Assembly: GCA_030704615.1 (NCBI GenBank)
Contig: CM060732.1
Coordinates: 40,858,001 to 40,922,000, forward strand
Direction of reading: 5' to 3'
Length of the DNA stretch: 64,000 nt
DNA from: Takakia lepidozioides
Lineage: Eukaryota; Plantae; Bryophyta
The position numbers and the translations under genes were made by a program. The notes beneath the pieces were generated by a model. That model worked only from the letters and a program-made list of their open reading frames with translations. It did not search any database and had not been told where the DNA came from. Positions 25,287-39,360 of the stretch are shown one piece after another; the stretch's first letter is position 1; the number at the start of each line of letters is the position of its first letter.

Positions 25287-28200
25287 ATCAATAAGAATCA
25301 TACATGGATGCTAGTGGATCTGCCACTTGGAAAGCGGTATATTACTGCAAAGTGGATCTTCAAAATAAAACAAAAAGTAGGTGGGACTCCTCAGAAGCTA
25401 AAAGCTCATTTGGTTGCTCGAGGGTTTGAACAAAATAAAGGTGTGGACTTTGACGAGACTTTTGCGCCTATCGTGAAGAAGGAAACAATACGAGGAACAG
25501 TTGCTCTAGCTGCTCACAACTCATGGCACATATACCATCTTGACGTCAAGACCGCTTTCCTAAACGGGAACTCAAAGAAGAAGTATATATGGAGCAATCA
25601 GAAAGGTCCTCAGTTGGTGATGAAATGAAGGTTTGTAAGCTACTTAAAACTTTGTACAGGTTGAAACAGGCTACAAGAGCCTGGTATGCGAAAACAGATT
25701 CTTATCTCAAAACTCAAGGCATGATTCGAAGCAACGCAGATTACAACTTGTATTACCTAAGGGTATCTATGGAAAGATCATCATACTTCTCTTATATGTC
25801 GATGACTTAGTGCTTACTGGTGATCATCACTCCAAGATTCAGTGGTTGAAAGATCAATTAAAAAGGCAATACGAGATGATAGACCTTGGATTGACAAGTT
25901 TACATCTCGCAGCTGAAATTTTATACTTGGATATACGCACTACGATAACTCAACGAGGATATGCAAAGCAAATGCTTCAAGAATTCGGGATGTGGGATTC
26001 AAACTCGGCTACTGTCCCCATGATCGAAGGATTGAAACTGGCGTCTGACATGGAGACACTCTCAATCGACCCTACCACTTACAGGAGAATGCTAGGTAAG
26101 CTTGTCTACCTTACTGACAAACCACCAAACTTTGATGTACTCTGTTACATCTTTGAACAAATACATGTCTATACCTCAACAAGCACACTTGGATGCAATC
26201 AAACAAATGATGAGGTATGTGAAAGGAATTGTGGACTATGGTCTCATCTATCACACAAGCTCGGTTAGCACATTGAATGCCTTTACAGATGCTGATTGGG
26301 CCGGTGACAGTGATTCTAGACATTCAACACCAGGATATGTAATTCGTCTTGGTCATAGTGCAATTACATGGATGTCCAAAAAACAACCTATATGCAATAG
26401 CACTTTCATCTACTGAAGCTGATTACAGAGCCTTGACGGAGGGAGCCAAGGAAAAAACGTGGCTGAGGAGATTGACATCTAAACTTGGGATTCTTGAGGA
26501 TGGACCTACTGCTCTTCTATGTGACAATCAGAGCAGTGCAAAGATTGCTAAGAACCCTGTGTTCTACGCAAGGACAAAGTACATAGAGGTTCATTATCAC
26601 TACATTAGAGAGAAGGTTGAAAATGGAAAAATTGGTCTCATTCATGTTGCTACTCAAGATCAAGTGGCTGACATTTTCACAAAACCTATGGGCAAACTGA
26701 AATTTGAGAAGTTAAGAGAAGATTTGGGAGTATGTAGTCTGAGGGAACTTCAGGACTGATGGAATCAACCCTAGTATGTGACATTATAGAGATAATAGTT
26801 TGCAATTCTGAAGACTCATGAGGGAGGGTGTTAGTTTAGAGCTGGATGACGCAACCATGTCAGTCCTCAGATAAGTTAGGAGCGTAATTTATGCAGTCCC
26901 ACCTGCTTCCCTTGCGGTGCCGTAAGTCTCTCACTTGTTCTTCCATTTATGTAGGTCCTCGGTTAAACGTAGGCCCATCAGCCCAGTAGTTTAAAAAACC
27001 AAAGCAAAGTGCTATTTGTATTCAGATCTTTTGGATCCTCTTGTTAATGCATGACTAGTTTAATAGAGAGAGTCGTTCAAAAACTTGCGCATGTTCAGGC
27101 GTATAGATTGGAGCTCCAACTCAATCCACAATTTTCTTTACAACTCCCAATTTTGGGGGTGCCTTGGATTTTCTGAGCTCCAGCCATGGTGATTATATTT
27201 ATGACGAGGTTATTGTCATAGATTGAATCAATGAATGCTTGATTGAGTCATTGTATAGCCTCCTATAAACAAAATGCTTCCAACATAAGATCTACATGGT
27301 CAACATCCTCTTATAAACTTGAAGTAAAACAAATGCATGGGAAATGTTGTTTGACGTAACGAACGTACAGGTATATATCCAGTCATGCGGGTGAGAGCTT
27401 GTGAAAAGATTCTAGACAAGCCTTCAAGTCTTTGTAAGGCACCATGAGCCTAATATTATGAAAGATGAGAGCAGGAGCAATAGATCCCGTTGCAATTGAC
27501 GGTAATGGACAAGGGAGGGATACTGTTGGGTGCAGGATCGATACTTGTGGCAGTAGCAGTAGGAATTGCACTTGATGGTAATGGACAAGGGATACAGGTG
27601 GGAGCAAGAGCAGTAGGAACTACACTTGATGGTAATAAACAAGGAGTACGGACAGTAGCATTAGCAGAAAGAGCTCAATTTGCCAATATTGACAAAAAAG
27701 ATACCCCATCAGCCTTGCAATTGACATCTTCAGCCAAAGTTTGTCATTTCCTTCTCAATATCCCTTCATTCCCTAGAGTTGAACTAGATAGTGACAAATA
27801 AGGGTCCAACAGACTTGCAAATATCAATAGTTTCACACAAAGCCTGTCGATTCTTCCCCGAGGTCTTATCCTTCTTATTCTCCGAATGTTTGAATTCCTT
27901 GAGTTGTTCATAGAAGTCCTCAATAGACCACCTAATGTGGAGAGAAGAGCCTCCATACTCAAATGCAAACCCAGTCAACTTTGGCTTTCTTTCTTTGATA
28001 TAATCTTTCACTTCCCGTTGCAAAGAAGAGCTATGACGCATGTTGCTATCAAAAAACCTTTTGATTTTGTCATCCAGCTTGTTAGTAAACAAGCTTCGAA
28101 AACATTGTAAGTTCATATTATAAATGCGCCATTGAAGAGGATAATACCTCTGGAGGAAAGCCCGACCATTTGGAAACCTCTCATCTTTGGAGAGCATTGG

Positions 28201-31200
28201 GGAGGGCTTCTTAAAAGAATTTGTCGTATGTTGGGGCGGGAGGCACCTCTTATGCATATTTGTGAGGTACAAGTTGGGTACATGAATTGCATTTTCTGAC
28301 TATGCCTCATATGTTGGGGCAGAAGATAAAGGTATTGTTGATTTTGGTTTTATTGCAGAATAAGAAGCAAGCCACACTTAACAAAGCAAAAATAACACCA
28401 GTTGCAAATGTATATTCAACAGATGCAATGGATTACAAATATAGTTATTTGTATATGGAATTGCTATTACTACAAAGCTTTGATCTCAACATTGTCACAA
28501 CTGATATTGTTTGCCATACGAACAAAAATATAGACACCTAGCTTGCACAATGTCGACATTTTTGCCAGATGTTTGTTGAGTGTGGACAGATCAGTACTAT
28601 AAGTCGGCATATTTGCACACAAACTTCAAAATAGATTAAGTGCGTTAATGTTATGTGGTTGTACCAATTGATAACTTTTGAAAAATGGTTATTTTCCCAA
28701 AAATTTCAAACATGAAAGAAACCACAAACCACAACTTTAGATTTCATGATCATCATACGTTTTGATGCCCAGAAATATTTGTCATGAATAAACCTTATAT
28801 TGTGATCCAACTCTTTTGTTTACATAAAATAAAATCTAGATAAAAACAAACCAAAGTTGTGGACAATTTTATTCTTTGTCAGCAGCAATTGAAGTCTAGC
28901 TAATCTAATATGACACTTAAGTATGTTTTAATAGTACAAATCAAAAGCAAGTCAAAGCTAAAGTTAAATCAACAAGTATGTCAAGAAATACTTTTAGTAG
29001 TGCTAAGGTAGCAAGGATAATATTTGACGCCTTTATGGTGTCCCTTCATAGCAAGGATATCAAGAGTCAGGCTCTCAATAATAGAAGAGTTTGGACTACA
29101 AGAAGATGACATCTATTTCCCCAGTTTAAAATATTGTTTTATCAACACGATTAGTAAGGCGCAAGCATGATGACCAACTAAACTTTGTAGGTTGTTGTGC
29201 GATACGTTCTTCATCCGTCTTCATCACATGAAGGGAGATTGAGCTTTCAGGATCTCACCGCCGTCAAATTAAATGAATGATTTCATCCTTCTCATTTAAA
29301 TATTGCTTGCATTTATTAGGTTGCCTCTTTATCATTTAAAAAAAAATTGTTTTAATTAGATTGTATTCTAGTTCTTATTCATGATGTGACATGGGGGCAT
29401 GGATACAATGTCATTGTGGCGAATTCATTTGACTATCCATCCATCCATTCATTCATCACCTAACCCCGTCGGATGCTACATAGAGCCCCATGGTTCAAAT
29501 CTGACCTAGAATAGATAAAGTGCGAAAAGATGCAGGGAAAGCTGGTGAAAGATTGTAAAGACATGTTTCTATTCGGCTTCGAAATGACATTTCAAATTGA
29601 GGTTTCCGGGATGGAGCTTGCTCCAAGCTGGCACATGGCTTATCGACCCCTCAATGTGCCAACATAAAGATGAGTTTCAAAGGGCATCTCCGGCAACTGC
29701 GTGTCTTGGATTCAAAGCATCGTTTACTTGGCACACAAATTGCATACGAGGTCTTCCGTCTAATGCATTCCATAAGGCCCTTGCAAGAGTGATTGTTGGT
29801 ATTAGATCCTCCAAGGGCGAACATGTCCAATTGTTGATTGATTAAACTATTTATTTTTACATATTGTGTAAATTTTGTCCATATTTAGTAGAATCATTTA
29901 GTTTGGTCATTTATTGTTTATGCCTTTTAAAATAAACTTGCCATTAATTACTAAAATAACTTATGTTGTTATTCTAGGTGAAACTTGCAACGATAATCAT
30001 AACTTATGGAAAGATTATTATCATGAACATCAATAAAAACCAAAACAAAAAGAACAAAAAAAGAACTACTGAGAAGCATATCTTGAACTAGGGCAAGTCT
30101 TCTATGACCCGTGTTAAAATTGTGGAGGGGATACTCATTATGTGGGCTACGACTTTATGGACTCAGATCTGGGGATGACGACTATTGACTATTAAAATTT
30201 TTTTTTTAAAAACACTATGTATTGGTATGACTTTTGGAGATCTTATAATGAGTTATCCCTTTATTTATTTATTAATGATTTGTGGTTCAAAGCTATAACT
30301 ATAATGCAATGCTCTGTTTCATTTGCGGCTAGACGTGTATGGCTCCTGTTTGCACTAGCCTATGAAATCTACTTTCATCCATAATAAACCTGAAAATTCA
30401 TCCATTTATTTTTCATAAATTGTTGAATAAGAAAGATGTTATCTGAGGGAGATATTACCTTGAGAAGCATATGAGGAAGTAGTTTTGAACAAAGGAGAGG
30501 ATATACTGGGGAAGGCACAATTTTTGACACTGATGCGTAGTCTCCATTCTAAAGAGGAGCCAATAAAATGTATTAGTATCAAACCAATAATGAATAATAA
30601 ATTTAAGTTTAAATTTCAAGAAACAATAGTAAATCAACAATGCAACAACGTGGTAATTCTTGTATTACATCCACAATATTGTCTACAGTGTCGCCATATC
30701 AATTTGCATTCAATACTTAAGCAGTATTGATTTTCACAGTGGGGCAATATCAAAACAGTACATCGTGTTTAAACAATATGATCCATCTCAATGCTCCGTC
30801 ATCATTATCATCAATAATGAATCAGTTTGCTTGCAGCACTTTTATTATAGACTGAATCGTAGTCGTGACAACAATATTTGCTCATAATTAATAATATCAA
30901 TGTAGTATGTGAACGTAAAAGGGACTTAACACCGTAAGTAAATACGGATAAAAGGATGAAATCTGGACATCTGTTAAATAATTATAATTAATAAATAAGG
31001 AAAAAAAACTATATTCAGTATTAACAATGCATTAAAACTTACAATTTTGGATTTTCCCGGATTGGTCTGAAAAGTAGCATGGTCCTTCGCAAAATAAATG
31101 ACAAGCAAGACACCTATGTTGAATTTGAGGAGAATCCAATCGCTCGTGAGTATATTCATGGAGGGGAGATCTCCCATGTACTCGATAGGTAATTTCTCGC

Positions 31201-32157
31201 ATCTTACGCGAAACGAATCATTCGATTACTACATGTCAATGGTGAGAGAAGATGAGAGGAGCTTTCCCGTGAAAACGTAACAAATGCATGTCAATATCAT
31301 ATAGGAAACAAAGTAAGAGCTTTAAAACCACAATGGGTCGTGACTCAAAATTATTGGTAGAAATATTGGAAGAATGTTTTTGAATTATTGAAACTTAATG
31401 GATAGAAAAATATTTGTCACATTGAGGACAACAAATAATAAACGAAATGCATTGAACCGACAAATACAAGGTCAGATACCATGTCAAATACAATTTCAAA
31501 GTACAATGTCAGCTTGCTACGGGTGCTTTGAGACCTCCTCCCACCATGGGAGATCTCTCGTGCTCAATACGAGAATCGTCGAGCCGTCAAATCAAAAGAA
31601 AATAAGATCTAGAAACATTCACATGAACTGGTCATCTAGAAAGTAAAACTGTAAGGTAAGACAACAGTTATTTGTTAGATTAGGAAGGGGCCACCGTTGA
31701 AAATAGACACATAAACGTACATTCCGCTAAGGAAGAAAATACGATATTCGGACCCCGACATATCTTTATCAGATAACGAACCAAATTGGGACTCAACGAG
31801 CGCTATGGTGAATGAGAATATTATGTCAATCTGCAATAGTCAAGAATCTGTAGCACGGAAGATCATGCTATGTGCGTAAAATATAATCAACCAGAACTAA
31901 ACTTTCACTGAGATGCAGGCAGTCGGGGTTCTCATCGCTAGAGATATAGATGTTCAGAAATTGAAAGTTTCAAATGGTCGACACGGAGAATTCAAGGTCA
32001 ACTTCTGATTGTCAAAGGGGCTCCCACAAAATCCTGGCAATCACCAGTAAGATCAACATTAACACATATTGTCATCAAATTAGCACGGGAGATCTCCCGT
32101 GCACCTCTGCACACTGTGCTTAGTCAGACTCACTTTGATCGTTCGTAGCATATAGAT

Positions 32158-32530
32158 TTACTTTCGCTTTAACTGCTTCGGCCTTTCCAATACGTCTAGA
32201 GCTCCACTTGGAGGTGTTCTTTCGAGGTCACATTGTCCACACCACACTGTTCGTTTGTATCCACTTTGGTGGATCAGATTCATTGAACTCCCAAGCTTTG
32301 TCCCAACAATTTCTATATCCACGTCCTCCGCTGCAGCACCTTTAGGTCTCCACCACTCCAGAAGGACTTGCCGATATCTCTCATCTGAACAGTCACGAAC
32401 AACATCAGAGATTGCCACACCCATCCAAACTGGATATGTCTCTATGTCTAATGGTCGAACAAGTACGAAGTTTCCAATTTCAATATCTTTGAATGGGTTC
32501 ATCGGCTCTTGAGGTCTCTGACTCTTTGGC
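32158..32530 (-). pseudogene. Probable C-terminal fragment of a DNA-transposon protein
   Basis: NPFKDIEIGNFVLVRP....PVWMGVA.SDV......V..EWW.P resembles, from recall, the tail of GHTHEDID-type transposases like the one at 62651. Not verified. Confidence 0.4.
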
Positions 32531-35500
32531 CCACAATAGGGATCCAGCTGGTTGCGATCTTCCTCCTTTGACTCCTCCTGACTCTCACATTCAACCCTAA
32601 TCCCATCTCTGTCTCTGGATTAGACTAAGACGTTGAGTGGATCTGAAACAGAAGATTCGGGGCCCGCACTACTCTGTTGTGGTCTACTGCCGTTGCATGG
32701 CCGATTGGGACATACCATTGGAGCTGGTGTCGTAAGCTAGGCACGACACAATTCTGGTTCCATCATTTGTAGTATGGCTGTCAGCTGCTTTTAGAGCTAT
32801 TTATACTTTCATTTCCGTCATGTGTGTAGACTCAGGGTCAAAGGCACGTTGTTGCTTGGCAAGCCGGTGAGAGAACAAAACGACTTGTTGAAAGTGGGCC
32901 GTGGAAAGGCTCGTGGAGTCAGTACTGTTGGTCGCTGAACAGGTCGACGTTGATGTTCATGTATTGAGACGGTTGAAGACGAGTTTTGAATGTGGCCATT
33001 TTCAGCCAAAAAGACTTGGTTTGTTTGTATGTTGGCCGCGATTGAAGCGGATAGTGAACGGAGGAGGGCAAAAGGCGGCTGTTGCTGGTCATGGTAGTGA
33101 TGAATGTGGTATTTTAGCAATGCTTGAAGACGGCCAGTTCAGGTATCTAGTTGAAGGCTCGGCCAGATGTTAAGGTCCATGGGATTTTATCGCTCGACTA
33201 GTGGCCGATTCCATGATGATCATGTCCCTGTTGGGAGCTTACGGCATTAAGTAGCCAAACCAGCAAGTCGATGGGCTGCAGCCTGCCGCACTGTGTGTAC
33301 AGTGCTCTATTGGGAGTTCGAGCACCGAGACCTACGTTCAAATTTCCCACCTCTGCACAGGGGCTGAATACTAAGGGCCAGATCCCTTGTATTGAGGCCA
33401 GATGCGGTTATGACCACCGATAGAGGCATAGCAGATGTGCACAAGGAAGGACCAGCCCCGTAGCAACAGCCTGCTCTGCAATCAAGTCTTGCCTCAGGTC
33501 TAGGCGATCGTGTCAGTGGTGGAATGTTGTGAGACAGGGTGAATCTCATATAACGTTGCGGGCCTAGTGAAGGAAGACCAGGTTGCTCTTGGGGTATAGG
33601 CCAATGGTCGATGAAGGTACTAGCACCACCTTGGAAATCACGAATTGAACGTGGAGATGGTCTTATTGTTGTGGCTGATCTCTATTTGCCCAACAGTACG
33701 TGAATGGTTGTGGAAAGCCATCCTGGTTGTGGTCACTGTGTCATGCAAAAGTCATGCCACAAAGCCGAAATGAAACAGGGGATAAATTGAACCACAGGAA
33801 ATAGCATATCAGATGGAGTTTGGCAGCTCGGCAGGTCATGCGAAGGAGCCACTTAGGTTGTCCAGCCGTCGCTAGCCAGCGATCCGTATGTATGCCGTCT
33901 AGCATGAGGCTGTTGGGGTACTGGCATTACAAGATGGGATGATCTGTGGCGGGGCAGGAGACGGGGTCCATCTCATACAACAACGATAACCTGGCATTGA
34001 TCGCAGCAGCTTGAACAAGGTGTTATCATTCTGGAACTTGGTATACCAATGAAGACATTACCTTTATCATGGTAATTCCACTGTGGAGCGATTGAGTTAA
34101 GAATCTAGGATCGTTATTTTTCAGATATGAGCCAGGCATGAGTCCAAGGAATTCTTAGGGAACCAGGGAACACGGAACCAAGACAGGTTATTGAAAATAG
34201 ATTTTCCCTTGTATTTGTTTATTTTTTTAAAGGGTGTTATGTTTAAAGAGCTTGGTTGGTCATATCTTTGTCAAATGAGCTCCGTTTGACGCAGTTTTTG
34301 GGGGGATAGCTGCATTAAGGGGAAATCTACCTACCTAGTTTTTTGGACCTGACCAAAAATCTATAGAATTTTTCTAATGTAAATTAGATCCTCCCCACAT
34401 GTATTTGAGGTCTATTGAAGAAGTTGTTTCAAATCAGGGATGGTCACTTAACTTTCTATTTGTAACACACCTATCACTCTTTGACATTAGTGTATGGCTA
34501 GAGAGGAAATGGAGAGTGTCGGGATGAGGGCATGCTGGGGTTAGGAATTGCTTTAGTCTCTCCTCCCCATAGCTTTCCACCTCTTGGCAGGCCAAAACCT
34601 TTCCATAGGTGGAGGCAAGAGTCAGTCCGGGTTTTTGGGCTGGGGTATTCTGCAGGAGCCGGAAGTCGACATAACAAATCTTTATTACGGGGGCTCTGGA
34701 ATCACTGGTATGGGTGGTACTTGTTGAATTCTAGCTAGGATGCAAAAAGATTTCAAAAGATTGGCTATTGTGAAGTTGGCAATACAAAGATCCAATTTCA
34801 TCGACACAATCGACTAAAATCATCCGCAGACATGGTACAACATTAATTGCTTGGTGCAAAGGGATTTTGGTGTGGGGGTGTCGATGTTTTGATTTCTTGT
34901 GTTTGGATCCCTCCCACACCTGCATGCTTGACTGTGCGCCATGTTGGTTTTGTGTGGGCGCTTGCTTTCATAGGGGTTAGACCGGATTTGATCACCGGTC
35001 AATCCTAGAGTATGCTGTCAGTGGTGAGGCTGGAGTGATGACCAGCAAGACCACCAGTGTTTCTTCTGTGGTGAGGTTGGGTTGATGACCAGCCAACCAT
35101 ATGAGTTCTTGCGGTGGATGCAGGTGTAGGTGCCCTTAGCCACTGGGATATGACCCTTAAACCGCAACAGGTGCCCACCCGTGCCACTATTAGAATTAGT
35201 ACTAGAGCCTTATAGTGTCACGTGGGGGAGGTGCGGGTTGCGAGTGTCATCACGGAGTTACCCAAGGGGTTTGAGGGGAGTACAGCTACAGGTAGTAGCA
35301 GTGAGAGTGGGTTCACAAGACGATGTATTCGGTTCAAACCACCTTCACCTCCACCCTCAACTAGTGCAGAGTCTGACACAGACTCGGAGGCTTCATCAAC
35401 AGGTGTGCAGTTTCCTTCGCCATTGTTGTGGGACGCTATGGAGGAGATGTATGGAGCTACCAAGGGGCCTCGTAGGTACTCTGGAGCTGTGGGCACAATC

Positions 35501-36261
35501 GAGCTGGATGACTTTATCTAGGAGTTCGACAGCTGGTGTGATTTGCAGCAGATGCGCAATCCACAGCTGTTCACCCCATTCATGGCGTGGAAAAGACTGT
35601 TCCAGCATTTGGAAGGTCCGCCTATGGACGATTACCACGAGTTCAGGCGAGGACATAAAGCAGAGATTGAGGAGTGGAGGATGTATTGGTCACCTGACTA
35701 CGTCTCCATTACTTGAGGCACGACGTGACGAGTAGCTGCATCAACACCAATATCTCCCACTGCCAACACTAGTAGTGAAACAAGCAGTGCCGGTACTTCT
35801 GCAGGTGGTACCAGTTCAAAAGGTGCTACTACTCCTCCTGCCACGACTACAACACATGTGCCTAGATTCAACCCGGTGGTGGAGTTCTTCCAGGAGTTGC
35901 GGACAAACTATCAAGGCGTACGGACCGAGAAGCTGCGAGACTTCCAGCGCAAATCCAGTTAAAGCTTGCGAGAGGCCTACACTCATATGAGGCGCTTGAT
36001 AAGTGTGACCCAAGGGGTTACTGAAGTTCAGGCAGTCCAGTTCTGGTATGGAATTTTGGACAATGAGCTCAGGAGAAGGGTGCGGGATACAACCCTGTTA
36101 CAAGCCAACCCACATTAGCAGATGTGTTTCTGCTGGCTGAGCGGATTGAGCTCAACATGGTGGAGGAGCGAGTTGTTACCATTGGATTTGGCAAGGACAT
36201 GCCTGCACGAGGTGCAGGTGCCAGCCAACAGGTACAAGGGACTGCCCAACAACGTGGTCAG

Positions 36262-37111
36262 CACTACAACATATCGCGGTAGTTATGACTGCCAAACCGT
36301 GGTAGTCATGGTTTTCATGACTTTGACCATGACTGCACCATGTTTTTATATGAAATTGACCTCCCGCAGTCGTTCATACGACTGTAGTTATATGAACGAC
36401 TATCTAAATAGTCGTCTGTATAACTACATGGCTCCGGAATGGGCAGAAGGCTGGTCAACGGCAATTGACCAGATTTAGCTCACCATTCATAGTCATTTTC
36501 ATGATTACAGTGTACATGGATGAGGTTACATAGTCATGATGACTACTGGGGATTTTGTAATTTGGTGTGTATAATACAATTAAAACACCATATGATCATA
36601 TGAATTACTAGTGGGTGTATTGGTTAACAGGTAGTGAACTATAACTCTTATAGTAAAGAGGTTGCAGGTTCAAACTCCTCTAAGTACAATCAAATGGATA
36701 AGATGGCCCTAGGGTTAGTAGGCGAGCTAGGGATAGCACGTGGTACCTTAGATGGACTGCCACGTGGTTTTTTCATTATTATAAAATACATTATGTCACG
36801 TGGCACAATGCGGTACGACGCGGCGTTTGACATATGTTTTTATTTTATTTTTTATTTTTTATTTTAATTTCATTTTTTAAATCAATTGCGCCTCGCCACG
36901 TGGCGCAGCAGCGGCGGCTGCAGTATGGTATATATGACTGCAGTGAGAGATATCACTTGGTTCATATGACTGTAGTCATCCGGACCGTACCATCCTGTAC
37001 TCATTGTATTGACTTGGTTTGCACGACTTACAGTCATAGAAGTCATATGTACCGTTTATGACTGCAGAATAGTCATATATACAGTCATAAATACCGCGAT
37101 TTACTGTAGTG
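36262..37111. mobile_element. Non-autonomous CACTA element (850 bp) in Gypsy gag
   Basis: TIRs CACTACAACATATCGCGGTAGTTATGACTG and CAGTCATAAATACCGCGATTTACTGTAGTG. 3-bp TSD CAG (36259-61, 37112-14). Many ATGACT/AGTCAT subterminal repeats. Confidence 0.93.
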
Positions 37112-38869
37112 CAGGGGGGCAAGGTTGCCCAACCCAAATTCCATGGAGCTTACAAGGGACCTCAGGTGCAAAGGCCAGTAGCTTCTTTTGCAGGTCAACA
37201 GCAACCAGGGGTGGTATGTTGGACATGTGGAGGACCCTATGTCAAGAAAGATTGCCCAGAAAGTGGCAAAGGGCCGGCACAAGCACAACCTGCACAGTTG
37301 CAGTGTGGGCATTGTGGCAAGTATGGGCATGGAGATACCCAGTGTTATGACTTGCACCCTGAGTTGCGGCGAGGTCAGTTCCAAGGGAACAATGGTGGCC
37401 GAGGGCGAGGTGGAGCACCTCAGAGAGGATGAGGTGCTCAGGCACGAGGTGCAGGACGAGGGCAAGCACAGTATGGCCAAGGACGTGGAGGTCAGGGCGT
37501 TGACCAAGGTATGGCCAACCGGCTTCAGCAACTAGAACAAAGGCTTGCTGCCATTGCCACAGCTCAGGTGGTACCAGCTCCAAGACCTGAGGGTCCACCT
37601 CCTGTTCCTCCTCAGCAGCGTCATCCTGACGGAGGAGACATGGGAGGCATGGGATTTATGTGTGGGGCAGCACTACCACTAGTGCAGGTGGAGTCTGCTG
37701 CAGCCGTCACTCGAGGAGCAGCACGAGTTCCTAAGCCACGAGGTGCAGAGGTGGAGTTCGCTTCACAACGTGGGGAGGCAAGCCGTCAGGCTAGGTTGCC
37801 TCAATCATTCATCTTGGCGGAGACAGTGTCGACGACATCCGTGGCACCTAATTCTCGCCCCACGGATACCGAGGCGGAGGTTATTGTACTATTGGGAAGA
37901 GCTACACGTGCAGCACTGACACCTACTGCCAAGGCTAGTGCAGCCAGTGTGTTGTTGGGGGCGGCCACCTCTATGTGTCAGGCCCCACTGTTCTCGGTAA
38001 CCATGATTGCGATGCCAGGGGTAAGACCAGCTGCAGTGTTCAGACTAGCAGCAACACTCTGTGAGAGTGGGGAGGTCCCTTCATCTTCTGCGGAGTTAGT
38101 GGAAGGTGTAGTGGCAGAGGGATCCTTGGATTTGAGGGTCAAGACTGCCACGGCTGCGCCATGGCAAGCTGCAGCTGCCAGATTGACGGAGCTACCAGCT
38201 AGGCCAACCTTTGAGCGTGCCATGGTGACACCTGGAGTTGTCTTGTTAGACAACCAGGATGTCATTTTCTCTTTGAGTGGACCGGCAGGCAAGAGGTACC
38301 GGCCACTGCGGGTCTTGTTGGACTCGGGAGCTCAGCCACTGATGTTGGGCAAAACCGCTATTGCAGGTTTGGGCCTCATGGAGGCGGATAGTCCATTCCA
38401 GATACAGACATCTCTGGGAGGATCAGAGCAGGCTCGGGGCATGACACGGCGTGAGTTGGCCATTATACTACAGCCGGATCATCCTATAGATGGCTCAGTG
38501 ATGCGAGCCAAGGCCATTGTGACAGACGCGGTCTCTTACGATGTCCTCGTTGGTGGGGCAGCGTTGTATCCCATGGGCTTCACCCTGGATTTTTGGGAGG
38601 AGTCAGCATCCTACAGGCCTGGATGGCAGTTAGGGGATGGTCGTCGTGTACAGCTCCCCGTGACGTTCATTGGGGGTGTTGCTGCTGCCCAACGGGGCAA
38701 GATGCCAACACTAGCAGCCTTCACAGCTGTAGTTAGTTGGCCTGGAGAGTTGCTGGAGGGCAATGCCCATGCAGAGGATGTGCCACCTCCAGCAGAGCAG
38801 GATGACATGCATGGTACGGCGGAATTGCCTGCCATGGTTGCTCACACTCCATTGTGGGGTACGAGCAAG

Positions 38870-39360
38870 GTCTTGGCTTGGGTCAGCAGTGTTGCTGGAT
38901 GCAGCTGCAGTGGGGTCACGGGCTCACCGCCCACGACTATGGTGGACCAACTTGATGCCACCTGCAGTGCTCAAGCGTACATTTGATGGGGTGCAGCGGC
39001 CACCAAACCTGACGGTGGATAGCATTTTGGACATAGGGAGGCAGTCTCAGCGTGTGAGACACGATGACCGATCACCTTTGGCAATGGTCAATAAGGTGGG
39101 TCACCCACGAGCAGCATTGCCTACATTGCTCAACTTTCCAGGATCTCATGCTTTCCGGGATGGTGGACCTGGCCTCTTGTGGGATAGCCAGTTGCAGCAG
39201 TTAGTGGAGCCCAATGCTGACGAGCACAAACGGGCAATGGGTTTTACCACTGGTACCACGGCGGTGCCATCTCTCTCTGAGGCATCACGTCGTCAGGTGT
39301 TGGGGCAAGCCATGGATCTCAATTGCTCGACCTAGATTATCAGCTTGGCTATGGCTGAGC
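38870..39360 (+). pseudogene. C-terminal half of a DNMT3-like C5 cytosine methyltransferase within Gypsy pol
   Basis: VLLDAAAVGSRAHRPRLWWTNL resembles DNMT3 motif VIII (MIDA..VS.AHRARYFWGNL). EPNADEHKRAMGFTTGTT resembles motif IX (E.ER..GFP..YT). RRQVLGQAMD resembles motif X (R...LG.SW). Motifs I-VI are absent. Confidence 0.82.

Larger units (their letters stand above)
20700..27130 (+). mobile_element. Decayed Ty1/Copia LTR retrotransposon
   Basis: Gag; knuckle CNRCGKAGHWAKHC; protease WYVDS; LWHRRLGHLN; integrase; RT (KAHLVARGF, HLDVKTAFLNG, YVDD); RNase H (DADWAGD, CDNQS, DIFTK) to 26759. PPT GAGGGAGGG, then the 3' LTR from TG at 26829 (end approximate). Many stops and frameshifts. Confidence 0.93.

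Noticed and set aside
32600-34150. Possible degraded non-LTR retroelement on the minus strand
   Set aside because: The composition looks coding-like, but no diagnostic RT or endonuclease motif could be read.
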